Source: Candidatus Electronema sp. PJ
GTDB taxonomy: Bacteria > Desulfobacterota > Desulfobulbia > Desulfobulbales > Desulfobulbaceae
Reading direction: 5' to 3'
Assembly (NCBI RefSeq): GCF_048287395.1
Contig: NZ_JBLWEO010000022.1
Span: 641 to 24,640 of the forward strand
Length of the DNA stretch: 24,000 nt
The notes under the pieces are model-generated. The model saw only the letters and a list, made by a program, of their open reading frames with translations. It searched no databases and was not told the DNA's origin. Both the position numbers and the translations under genes were made by a program. The first letter of the stretch is position 1. Every line of letters begins with the position of its first letter. Positions 15,477-21,860 of this stretch are shown in pieces.

Positions 15477-15875
15477 AGTTGGTCTGCATTCAGAAGCACT
15501 TTTGCATCTTCCGAAGTAGCATTCACTCGTTTGAAAGCTGGCAACAGACGTGTGGATACTCTATTCAGACATATAAACAGAGCATTTACTCGTTTGTTTG
15601 GAGCATTCAGATGTATGAAATGAGCTTTTGCATGTTCAAAAGCAGCATTCACTCGTTTGAAAGATGGCAACGGACGTGTGAACAGAGCTTTTGGATGTCC
15701 AGAAACAGTGCTCACTCGTTTGTTAAGAGGATTTGGATATCTAAAAGCTCTATTTAGACATATAAATGGAGTGTTCATACGTTTGAATGCAGCATTTACT
15801 CGTCTGTTTGCTCATAACAAACGAGTGAATACTCCAAGCACTCGTTGAAAAACTGTTTGCACACGAGCAAAAACC
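15477..15875. repeat. Family B 21-nt tandem repeat array with 63-nt higher-order period (about 19 units)
   Basis: The unit is about GCATTCACTCGTTTGAAAGNN. Best-conserved copies start at 15519, 15582, 15645, 15708 and 15771 (63-nt steps), then 15792. Weaker units fill every 21-nt slot. An inverted unit (CAAACGAGTGAAT, 15818-15830) lies near the right end. All six frames are largely free of stop codons, as expected for a repeat. Confidence 0.85.
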
Positions 15876-15888
15876 GGGCCGAAACCTG

Positions 15889-16005
15889 CTAAACCACCTT
15901 CCCTTGCTGCCCTGCCAGCTTTTCCTTCAGCGTGGCGTGGTTTTTCTGAACAAGATCAATATTTGGATGGCCGCCGGGGAATTTATTGTTCATGATGGCA
16001 ATGAT
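15889..16005 (-). pseudogene. Relic 2 of a TPR-protein C-terminus
   Basis: The minus-strand frame reads IIAIMNNKFPGGHPNIDLVQKNHATLKEKLAGQQGKVV*. This aligns with the C-terminus of the 16932-18179 protein (ILQAKLPAGHSRISGCQKDYDEMKEKMAGL). An in-frame stop lies immediately upstream. Confidence 0.45.
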
Positions 16006-16012
16006 TCATTCC

Positions 16013-16075
16013 GTAGGGGCAAGCCCCTGTGCTTGCCCTAAGACATTCCGGGCAGGCACAGGGGCCTGCCCCTAC
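16013..16075. repeat. GTAGGGGC...GCCCCTAC palindromic (REP-like) element
   Basis: GTAGGGGCAAGCCCCTGTGCTTGCCC (16013-16038) and GGGCAGGCACAGGGGCCTGCCCCTAC (16050-16075) are inverted repeats with 2 mismatches and an 11-nt loop. The right arm overlaps the stop codon of relic 1. Confidence 0.75.
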
Positions 16076-16206
16076 ACCCCCGCCATCTTCTCCTTCATCT
16101 CATCGCAGTCCTTCTGGCAGCCGATGATGCGCGAATGCCCGGCAGGGAATTTTACCTGCATGATGGCCAAGGCGCGTTGGTGCAGCAGCTCGTCTTTCTC
16201 GTGCAT
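16072..16206 (-). pseudogene. Relic 1 of the TPR-gene 3' end
   Basis: The segment 16066-16180 aligns base-for-base with 16926-17040. There are only 3 mismatches in the first ~75 nt, and it decays after that. It translates as ...LLHQRALAIMQVKFPAGHSRIIGCQKDCDEMKEKMAGV*. An upstream in-frame stop lies at 16255-16257. Confidence 0.65.
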
Positions 16207-16278
16207 CACAGCCTGCGGGCCGTTCCTTGCGCATATTCCTTCCTCGCTTTCCCCTCAGCTTGCTGAAATAGCTCCAAA

Positions 16279-16548
16279 TCACTTTTTGAACAGCTCGGAA
16301 TGTGAACCTGTCCGCTCCAAAAACAGATCATCGCCAACATATCGGTAGATCAGAATCCAGTCCGGTTCAATATGGCAATCACGGTGTCCTTTCCACTTGC
16401 CTGTCAGCTGATGATCCCGATACTTGGGAGGCGGAGCTTCCCCCTGCAACAGCATTTCGACAACCTCTCTGAGTTTGACAATATCTCTGTTCTGTTTCTG
16501 AGCCTTTTTGTAATCCCGTTTGAACTGCCCGGTGTAATGCAGATTCAA
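16279..16548 (-). CDS. yafQ: Type II toxin, YafQ/RelE-family mRNA interferase
   Basis: The 89-aa ORF closely parallels E. coli YafQ (YKDH.L.G.WKG.RD.H.EPDWILIY...ERTG.H..LF). Confidence 0.85.
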   Translation of the reverse strand: MNLHYTGQFKRDYKKAQKQNRDIVKLREVVEMLLQGEAPPPKYRDHQLTGKWKGHRDCHIEPDWILIYRYVGDDLFLERTGSHSELFKK

Positions 16549-16805
16549 TTGTCCAGCTCCTGGAACAGCTCGTCAACAGAGGCAGCCTGCCGGACATCCT
16601 TTCCCTGTTCGGCAGCGGCCAAAGTTTTTGCCGTTACCTTGTTGGGGATTTTGACCTCAAAGGGAATTTTTTGCTGCTGTGCAATTTGGGACAGATAGAG
16701 CGAGATTGCCTCGGCCATAGACATGTTCAGCCTCCTGAGCACTTTCCTGGCATTCTGCTTGATCTCCGGGTCAACGCGGGTATGAACGGCTGCTGTCTTC
16801 AACAT
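16545..16805 (-). CDS. dinJ: Type II antitoxin, DinJ/RelB family
   Basis: The 86-aa ORF has an RHH-type N-terminus (VHTRVDPEIKQNARKVLRRLNMSMAEAISLYL) and IPFEV like DinJ. It has a 4-nt ATGA overlap with yafQ. Confidence 0.85.
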   Translation of the reverse strand: MLKTAAVHTRVDPEIKQNARKVLRRLNMSMAEAISLYLSQIAQQQKIPFEVKIPNKVTAKTLAAAEQGKDVRQAASVDELFQELDN

Positions 16806-16907
16806 AATATACTCCTGATGGGTTGGTTGTGCTTGAACAGGGTGTTCACAAGCAGTCTATCTCTTTCTTTGCAGCGAGACAAGCAGGCGGACGAACGGAT
16901 GCACCCT

Positions 16908-16935
16908 GTAAGGGCGTTTCGCGAAACGCCCCTAC
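16908..16935. repeat. GTAGGGGC-type palindrome at the TPR gene stop
   Basis: On the minus strand, GTAGGGGCGTTTCGCGAAACGCCCTTAC. The TAG stop (16932-16934) is embedded in the left arm, the same arrangement as at 16072-16075. Confidence 0.6.
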
Positions 16936-18179
16936 AACCCCGCCATCTTCTCCTTCATCTCATCGTAGTCCTTCTGGCAGCCGCTGATGCGCGAATGCCC
17001 GGCAGGAAGTTTTGCCTGCAAGATGGACAGGGCGCGTTGGAACAGTGGCTCCGCTTCCTCGTATCGTCCTTGATCGCGGTAGAGATTGGCTAAGGTACGT
17101 AAGGTGGTTGTCACATGCGAATGCTCTTTGCCTAGAGCTTGCTCAAAAATCTCCAGTGAGCGCTTGCACAGCGGCTCGGCTTCGGCATATCTTCCTTGGT
17201 AGCGGTAGAGATTGGCCAGAGTGCGCAGAATAGCGGCCACATGCAAATATTCTATGCCAGTAGCTTGCTCCCAAATCTCCAGTGAACGCTTATACAGCGG
17301 CTCGGCGGCATTGTATCTGCCCTGATACTCATAACACCACGCCAGTTCATGCGCTGCGCGAGCAAAATCAAGTCCGTCTTTGTCCTCCTCTTCCCTTATT
17401 CGCAGCAGCCGTTCCAGCCATTCCTGCGCCTGTGCATGGTTGAATAGCGTCCTAGCCATCTGTCCTGCCGCCAGCAAATAGTCCGGGTTGTCCCTCTCCA
17501 GCAGCACGGCTACCCGGTATAGCTCCATCGCCTCGGCATAGTTCACTTCGCTTTCGGCCAGCTTCCCTTCGTGGTGCGCCGCCAAGGCCGCCGCTTTGCC
17601 CGCCTGCTTGCGCACCTCGGCAAAGGTCTCTTTCGCCGCCTTGGTGTCGCCCTGCCGCAGACTGACCTGCGCCTTTTCGATCCGCGCATCCGGCATCTGG
17701 CATTTCATCTGGTCAAGAGCCTCGTCCGCAGCCTTGCGGCGCAGCTGCTCCTCCTTCCAGCTCTCCCGGATGTCGGTCAAATGCTCCTGCACCCCCTGCA
17801 ACTGCGCTTCAAGAAGCTGCCGCTGCTTGTCGTCGGCCATTGAACCGGAGGCTTGCAGATCAAGAATCTGCTGGCGCAGGGTTTTCAGCTCCTCCTCATA
17901 CTGACGCATCCCGTCGGGCTTGTCCGCTGGCTTCCAGTTCTTGACTTTATCGGCGATAAAAAACAAGAAAGCAAGCATCGCAGGAATCCAAACAGCCTTG
18001 TCATCCTTGCCCAAGAAGATCACAGCGGCCATGACGAAGAGGATAAGGAAGAAAATTAGATGCGGCAGCCGTCCTTTGCGCTCGCCGCATTTGAGCAGCA
18101 GGGCAAAAACAAGCAGGCTGTAGCAAATCAACAGCAGCGGCTGCTGATATTGGGTTATCCAGACGCTCGCATTCTTCAT
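16932..18179 (-). CDS. Membrane-anchored coiled-coil / TPR-repeat protein (kinesin-light-chain-like TPR_10/12 repeats)
   Basis: GGAGG lies 9 nt before the ATG. There are three N-terminal TM helices and a coiled-coil segment of about 100 aa. Tandem 42-aa TPR pairs follow (LANLYRYQGRYAEAEPLCKRSLEIFEQALGKEH...). Confidence 0.85.
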   Translation of the reverse strand: MKNASVWITQYQQPLLLICYSLLVFALLLKCGERKGRLPHLIFFLILFVMAAVIFLGKDDKAVWIPAMLAFLFFIADKVKNWKPADKPDGMRQYEEELKTLRQQILDLQASGSMADDKQRQLLEAQLQGVQEHLTDIRESWKEEQLRRKAADEALDQMKCQMPDARIEKAQVSLRQGDTKAAKETFAEVRKQAGKAAALAAHHEGKLAESEVNYAEAMELYRVAVLLERDNPDYLLAAGQMARTLFNHAQAQEWLERLLRIREEEDKDGLDFARAAHELAWCYEYQGRYNAAEPLYKRSLEIWEQATGIEYLHVAAILRTLANLYRYQGRYAEAEPLCKRSLEIFEQALGKEHSHVTTTLRTLANLYRDQGRYEEAEPLFQRALSILQAKLPAGHSRISGCQKDYDEMKEKMAGL

Positions 18180-18353
18180 GAGGCATTCCTCCAGGTGTGT
18201 TCCGGCACTCTACCAGAATATCTGAAGAAAAGGGAGAAGAGCGCGTTACTGTCAGTCGCTCGCCATGAAAAAAGGCTTGCCTGTCCAGTGCTGCATCTAT
18301 TACTCTTCCTGCATTTTTTCTTTTCCGCCGCTGACCACTGCTAAGATTCCATC

Positions 18354-19160
18354 ATGACACTGCCCCGCATGACCACAGAAACGCTTCCCGACATCCAAAA
18401 CATGGGAGATTCACGAGGGATAGCTATCAACAAGGTGGGGATCAAGAAATTTAGACTGCCGGTCTATGTCCAGGATCAGCAGCACAAGGGTCAGCACACG
18501 GTAGCAGAATGCAGCATGTACGTTAATCTGCCCTGCGATTTCAAGGGCACGCACATGTCGCGCTTTGCTGAGATCCTGAATACCGATGAATTCGCCATTA
18601 CCCTGCAATCGCTGAAAGATACCCTGCTCAAGATGACCCAGCTGCTTGATGCCAGAGATGCCTATCTGGAATTGAGCTTCTGCTATTTTATCAAGAAGAC
18701 TGCGCCGGTTTCCGGTATTGCTAGTATGATGGATTACAAGGTCACGCTGATGGGTGAGCTAGTTGACGGCAGATATGCAGTCTTTGTCAAAACAGTGGTG
18801 CCGGTCACGAGCCTCTGTCCTTGCTCCAAAGAGATCTCGCGATACGGAGCGCACAACCAGCGCTCCTATGTGACCGTGACCGTGGAGCTGAAGAAATTTG
18901 TCTGGATCGAGGAAATCATCCGCATTATTGAGCAGGCAGGCTCTTGCGAGGTCTATGGCATCCTTAAACGGCCTGATGAGAAATATGTAACCGAAAAAGC
19001 CTACGAGAACCCGAAGTTTGTCGAGGATATCGTCCGAGATATCGCGGTGCGCTTGAATGCAGATGAACGGATTATCGCCTATGAAATTGAATCGGAAAAT
19101 GTGGAGTCCATTCACAATCATTCCGCTATTGCCGTAATCACCCGCGACAAGCGGAAATAA
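18354..19160 (+). CDS. folE2: GTP cyclohydrolase FolE2 (GCYH-IB / MptA family)
   Basis: The 268-aa ORF carries COG1469-type signatures ([51 protein letters not shown]). Confidence 0.88.
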   Translation: MTLPRMTTETLPDIQNMGDSRGIAINKVGIKKFRLPVYVQDQQHKGQHTVAECSMYVNLPCDFKGTHMSRFAEILNTDEFAITLQSLKDTLLKMTQLLDARDAYLELSFCYFIKKTAPVSGIASMMDYKVTLMGELVDGRYAVFVKTVVPVTSLCPCSKEISRYGAHNQRSYVTVTVELKKFVWIEEIIRIIEQAGSCEVYGILKRPDEKYVTEKAYENPKFVEDIVRDIAVRLNADERIIAYEIESENVESIHNHSAIAVITRDKRK

Positions 19161-19166
19161 GCCGTT

Positions 19167-20441
19167 CTATCGCTGCTTCTTTTTCTTTTTGCCGATAAAC
19201 ATCCGCTTGGCTGCCTTTTTGCGGACTACGGGTTTCGTTCTGCCGCCGTTCTTCAGCAACTCCAGCACTTCGCCGCGCTTGTTGGCTGTTTGATTGAGCA
19301 AAATCACGTAGGCCCTGCCGTCATCCAGATAGCCAACATAGTTGTAAATCCCTTTCATGGTGCCAGACTTGCTTGGCACGCCGCCGTGTTTCCGCAGCAG
19401 CCCTGCGTAAGGGCGAAAAGCCCGCAGTACCTCCAGCATAGCCTGGGCAGTTACTTTGTCGCCCCGGTAGAGGCCGGAGCCATCGCGATGGACAATGGCA
19501 GCTGCGGTCTTTGCGCCGAGTTGCCGTTCCAGCTCCTGATGCACGGCCCGATCAGCTTTGCCCCACGTAGCAGGCCAGCCGAATTTCTCTGCCCCAACTG
19601 CCAGATAAACTAAGTTCGAGATGAAATTCGAGGAAAATTTAAGGAAAGAGGCGGTCAGTTCCTGCAAATTTTTGCTGCTGCGATGTTCGTACAGCAAACG
19701 AGCATCAGGCGGTACTTGCTTCAAGCTCAAATGACCTTGGCCAGGAATGCCTGCTTCCTGCTGAAGAGCACGGAAAAGCTGGGCAGTGTAGCGAGCCATT
19801 TCGTGGTTAGCCTTGCAATTGCCCCGGCAGATGTTGATTCGCGTCCAGCTACCGAAAGGGAGATTCTTGGCAAACTCGGTCATGATAGGCAGCACCGGCG
19901 TGCTTTCCTCGCCAGAAAACACCAGGCCGGTTTTCATAACCCGGATGGGCACGCTATTGAAATTAACCGCTGTCGGCCCGACTGGCGCGTCGTAGGGATT
20001 GTCGCTGAACTCGCTGCCGGGCGACTGGTATTCGAGGGCAAACTTGGCTGCGTCAATATAGATGGTGTTGACTTGCCGCAAACCTCTTCGCTTGAGTTCC
20101 GAAAAAATGCCTCGGATCTCCTCAGAGGTGAGCATCGGGTCGCCAAAGCCTTGGACGTAGAGACTCTCGTGCGCGTCCGTGTAGAAACGGGTCTTGAAGC
20201 GGTATTCCGGGCCAAGAACAGATAAGGCAGCCAGCGCAGTCGGCACTTTAAGGATGCTGGCTGGGATGTAAGGGATGTCGAGATTACAGCCCTCGACGAT
20301 GTTTCCTTGCAGATCGCTGATTCCGTAGGCTCCGTTCTGAATCAGCCCAGTGTAAGGCGGTGCACAGACAGAGGCAAGGACAGTTTGGCCAACTGCAAGA
20401 AACAGCAGTACAAGAAAAAGAGAGATTGTATTGGAACGCAT
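19167..20441 (-). CDS. dacB: D-alanyl-D-alanine carboxypeptidase/endopeptidase, PBP4 (peptidase S13) family, with Lys-rich tail
   Basis: Signal peptide is present. The active-site context is PASILKVPTALAAL (SxxK). The general layout is PBP4-like and rather short. The ATG at 20441 is preferred over the TTG at 20453. Confidence 0.75.
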   Translation of the reverse strand: MRSNTISLFLVLLFLAVGQTVLASVCAPPYTGLIQNGAYGISDLQGNIVEGCNLDIPYIPASILKVPTALAALSVLGPEYRFKTRFYTDAHESLYVQGFGDPMLTSEEIRGIFSELKRRGLRQVNTIYIDAAKFALEYQSPGSEFSDNPYDAPVGPTAVNFNSVPIRVMKTGLVFSGEESTPVLPIMTEFAKNLPFGSWTRINICRGNCKANHEMARYTAQLFRALQQEAGIPGQGHLSLKQVPPDARLLYEHRSSKNLQELTASFLKFSSNFISNLVYLAVGAEKFGWPATWGKADRAVHQELERQLGAKTAAAIVHRDGSGLYRGDKVTAQAMLEVLRAFRPYAGLLRKHGGVPSKSGTMKGIYNYVGYLDDGRAYVILLNQTANKRGEVLELLKNGGRTKPVVRKKAAKRMFIGKKKKKQR

Positions 20442-20547
20442 CTTTGCTATCAAGATGAACTTGAGATTGACTGAGTTTTTCTGGTGTTATATCGTACTGG
20501 AGCAATTGATATTCTGACCTACCCTTCTTTTGTCCAGGAACCAATCC

Positions 20548-21096
20548 ATGAGAAACAAAAACAGCTTCCACCGATGGGGAAAAGCATTTTTTCTTCTCCG
20601 TATCTTCTTCTTCGGCATGATTCTGCTTGTCCTGTTGACCATCTGGAAATCCTGGGAGGAGTCGTGGCCAGTCCTCGCGCTTTTCGTTGTCTTGCCTTGG
20701 TTGCTTCCTGTACTCGTTGACCGAGTGGGGCATCTTTTTGGCACCTTCATCATGGAAGGATACAGGCCACGCAACCCGCGTGAGCGGTTTTCAGGAGAGC
20801 TAATCAAAGCGCGGCGCATGAAGGCAGAACGGAACTACACAGATGCCCTTGCAGGTGCAAATTTTGTCCTGAGCAAGATGCCTGATCACCCGGATGCCCT
20901 GTTTCTTAAAGCGCAGATCTTGTGCGAAGGCTTTGAGAGATATGTTGATGCCAAAAGATGCTTGGAGCAAGTTGCGGCGGTCGATAATCCGCCTCCTGAT
21001 GAAACAACAAGCAATTGGGCAGCTCATTTGCTTGAAGAAGTAACGAGGCAGATCGAGAAAAATGGCAAAGGAAGTCATCAAAAGAATTTGAGATAA
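20548..21096 (+). CDS. Hypothetical two-TM membrane protein with TPR-like C-terminal domain
   Basis: The ATG at 20548 has AGGAA 9 nt upstream. TM helices are AFFLLRIFFFGMILLVLLTIW and WPVLALFVVLPWLLPVLV. The C-terminus NYTDALAGANFVLSKMPDHPDALFLKAQIL is TPR-like. Confidence 0.6.
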   Translation: MRNKNSFHRWGKAFFLLRIFFFGMILLVLLTIWKSWEESWPVLALFVVLPWLLPVLVDRVGHLFGTFIMEGYRPRNPRERFSGELIKARRMKAERNYTDALAGANFVLSKMPDHPDALFLKAQILCEGFERYVDAKRCLEQVAAVDNPPPDETTSNWAAHLLEEVTRQIEKNGKGSHQKNLR

Positions 21097-21101
21097 TCTT
21101 C

Positions 21102-21152
21102 TCAAAGCACCTTTGCTTTCACAATCCGCACCAGAGCTGCCAATTTCTCCAT
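21102..21152 (-). pseudogene. Relic of a radical-SAM gene C-terminus
   Basis: The minus strand reads MEKLAALVRIVKAKVL*. Compare the intact gene end ...DEQAELVRIVKMGVREA* at 21839. It contains the 17-nt repeat copy. Confidence 0.4.
21118..21134. repeat. 17-nt direct repeat, left copy (TTCACAATCCGCACCAG)
   Basis: An exact 17/17 match to 21861-21877, read directly from the sequence. Confidence 0.8.
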
Positions 21153-21860
21153 GTTTACCCTTGAAGCCTACGGCAGCAAAGAACCTATGGCACCCATGAT
21201 AGTGCCCGCCGCTATCCACGCAAAACCAACTAGCAGCTGTTTTAACTCTTTTTTATTATCATCCTTGATTCTGTTAATTTCACTTTTGATAATGGATTTC
21301 AAACCTCCTATCGATTCCGCAAGATTTTCTATCCTCCGCTCATGAAGTATGATATACATGTCAAGTGTATTTGTATTTACAAAAAGATTACTAATCCTTT
21401 CATTCGAAGATTTTTTTGGATCATCTTTTATTACACCAGGCCCTCCAGACAAAGAGCCAATAAAGCCAATAGCCGCATCGATATTAGCTTCAACAGCACC
21501 ATTGATATTGCGGGCGGGATATTCTCCGATCCATTTCTTTATAAGTTGATATACTTCTAATAAACCTACCGTTGTCTGCGCCATTCCTCCCAGTTCAAGT
21601 ACACAGCCTAACGCTGTGAATGCCTTGTTATTCCATCCAAGTATCCAACAGATCGCTAAGAAAGCAACAACAACGAAGGCACCTCCAAAAACATCTTTTC
21701 CACTACGAAGCCAAAGCAACACCTCTTTGCTCCAGCTTCGCAGCCGCTTATAATCGAAGGAGGCAATCTTTGTGCAAAGATACTTTGCGATAAAAAGGAA
21801 GGATAGAGCAGCAATGAAATAAATGCACATGGATATATCTAAGCCTCCCTCACCCCCATC
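21135..21860. mobile_element. Putative inserted AT-rich islet (726 bp, one gene, no recombinase)
   Basis: It is bounded by the exact 17-nt direct repeat. Hand counts of six 60-nt lines inside (21241-21600) give 23-47% G+C, against 65% for 21901-21960 in the adjacent gene. Confidence 0.35.
21168..21830 (-). CDS. Hypothetical membrane protein (3 N-terminal TM helices, coiled-coil, C-terminal TM helix), AT-rich
   Basis: The 220-aa ORF starts 8 nt after the radical-SAM stop. TM segments are CIYFIAALSFLFIA, FGGAFVVVAFLAICWILGW and LVGFAWIAAGTIMGAIGSLL. A charged helical stretch reads IENLAESIGGLKSIIKSEINRIKDDNKKELKQL. I recognise no family. Confidence 0.65.
   Translation of the reverse strand: MCIYFIAALSFLFIAKYLCTKIASFDYKRLRSWSKEVLLWLRSGKDVFGGAFVVVAFLAICWILGWNNKAFTALGCVLELGGMAQTTVGLLEVYQLIKKWIGEYPARNINGAVEANIDAAIGFIGSLSGGPGVIKDDPKKSSNERISNLFVNTNTLDMYIILHERRIENLAESIGGLKSIIKSEINRIKDDNKKELKQLLVGFAWIAAGTIMGAIGSLLP

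Noticed and set aside
19161-19166. The 6-nt gap between the convergent folE2 and dacB stops as a special regulatory arrangement
   Set aside because: It is simple tight convergent packing. No structure or motif can fit in 6 nt, and nothing further supports a functional claim.
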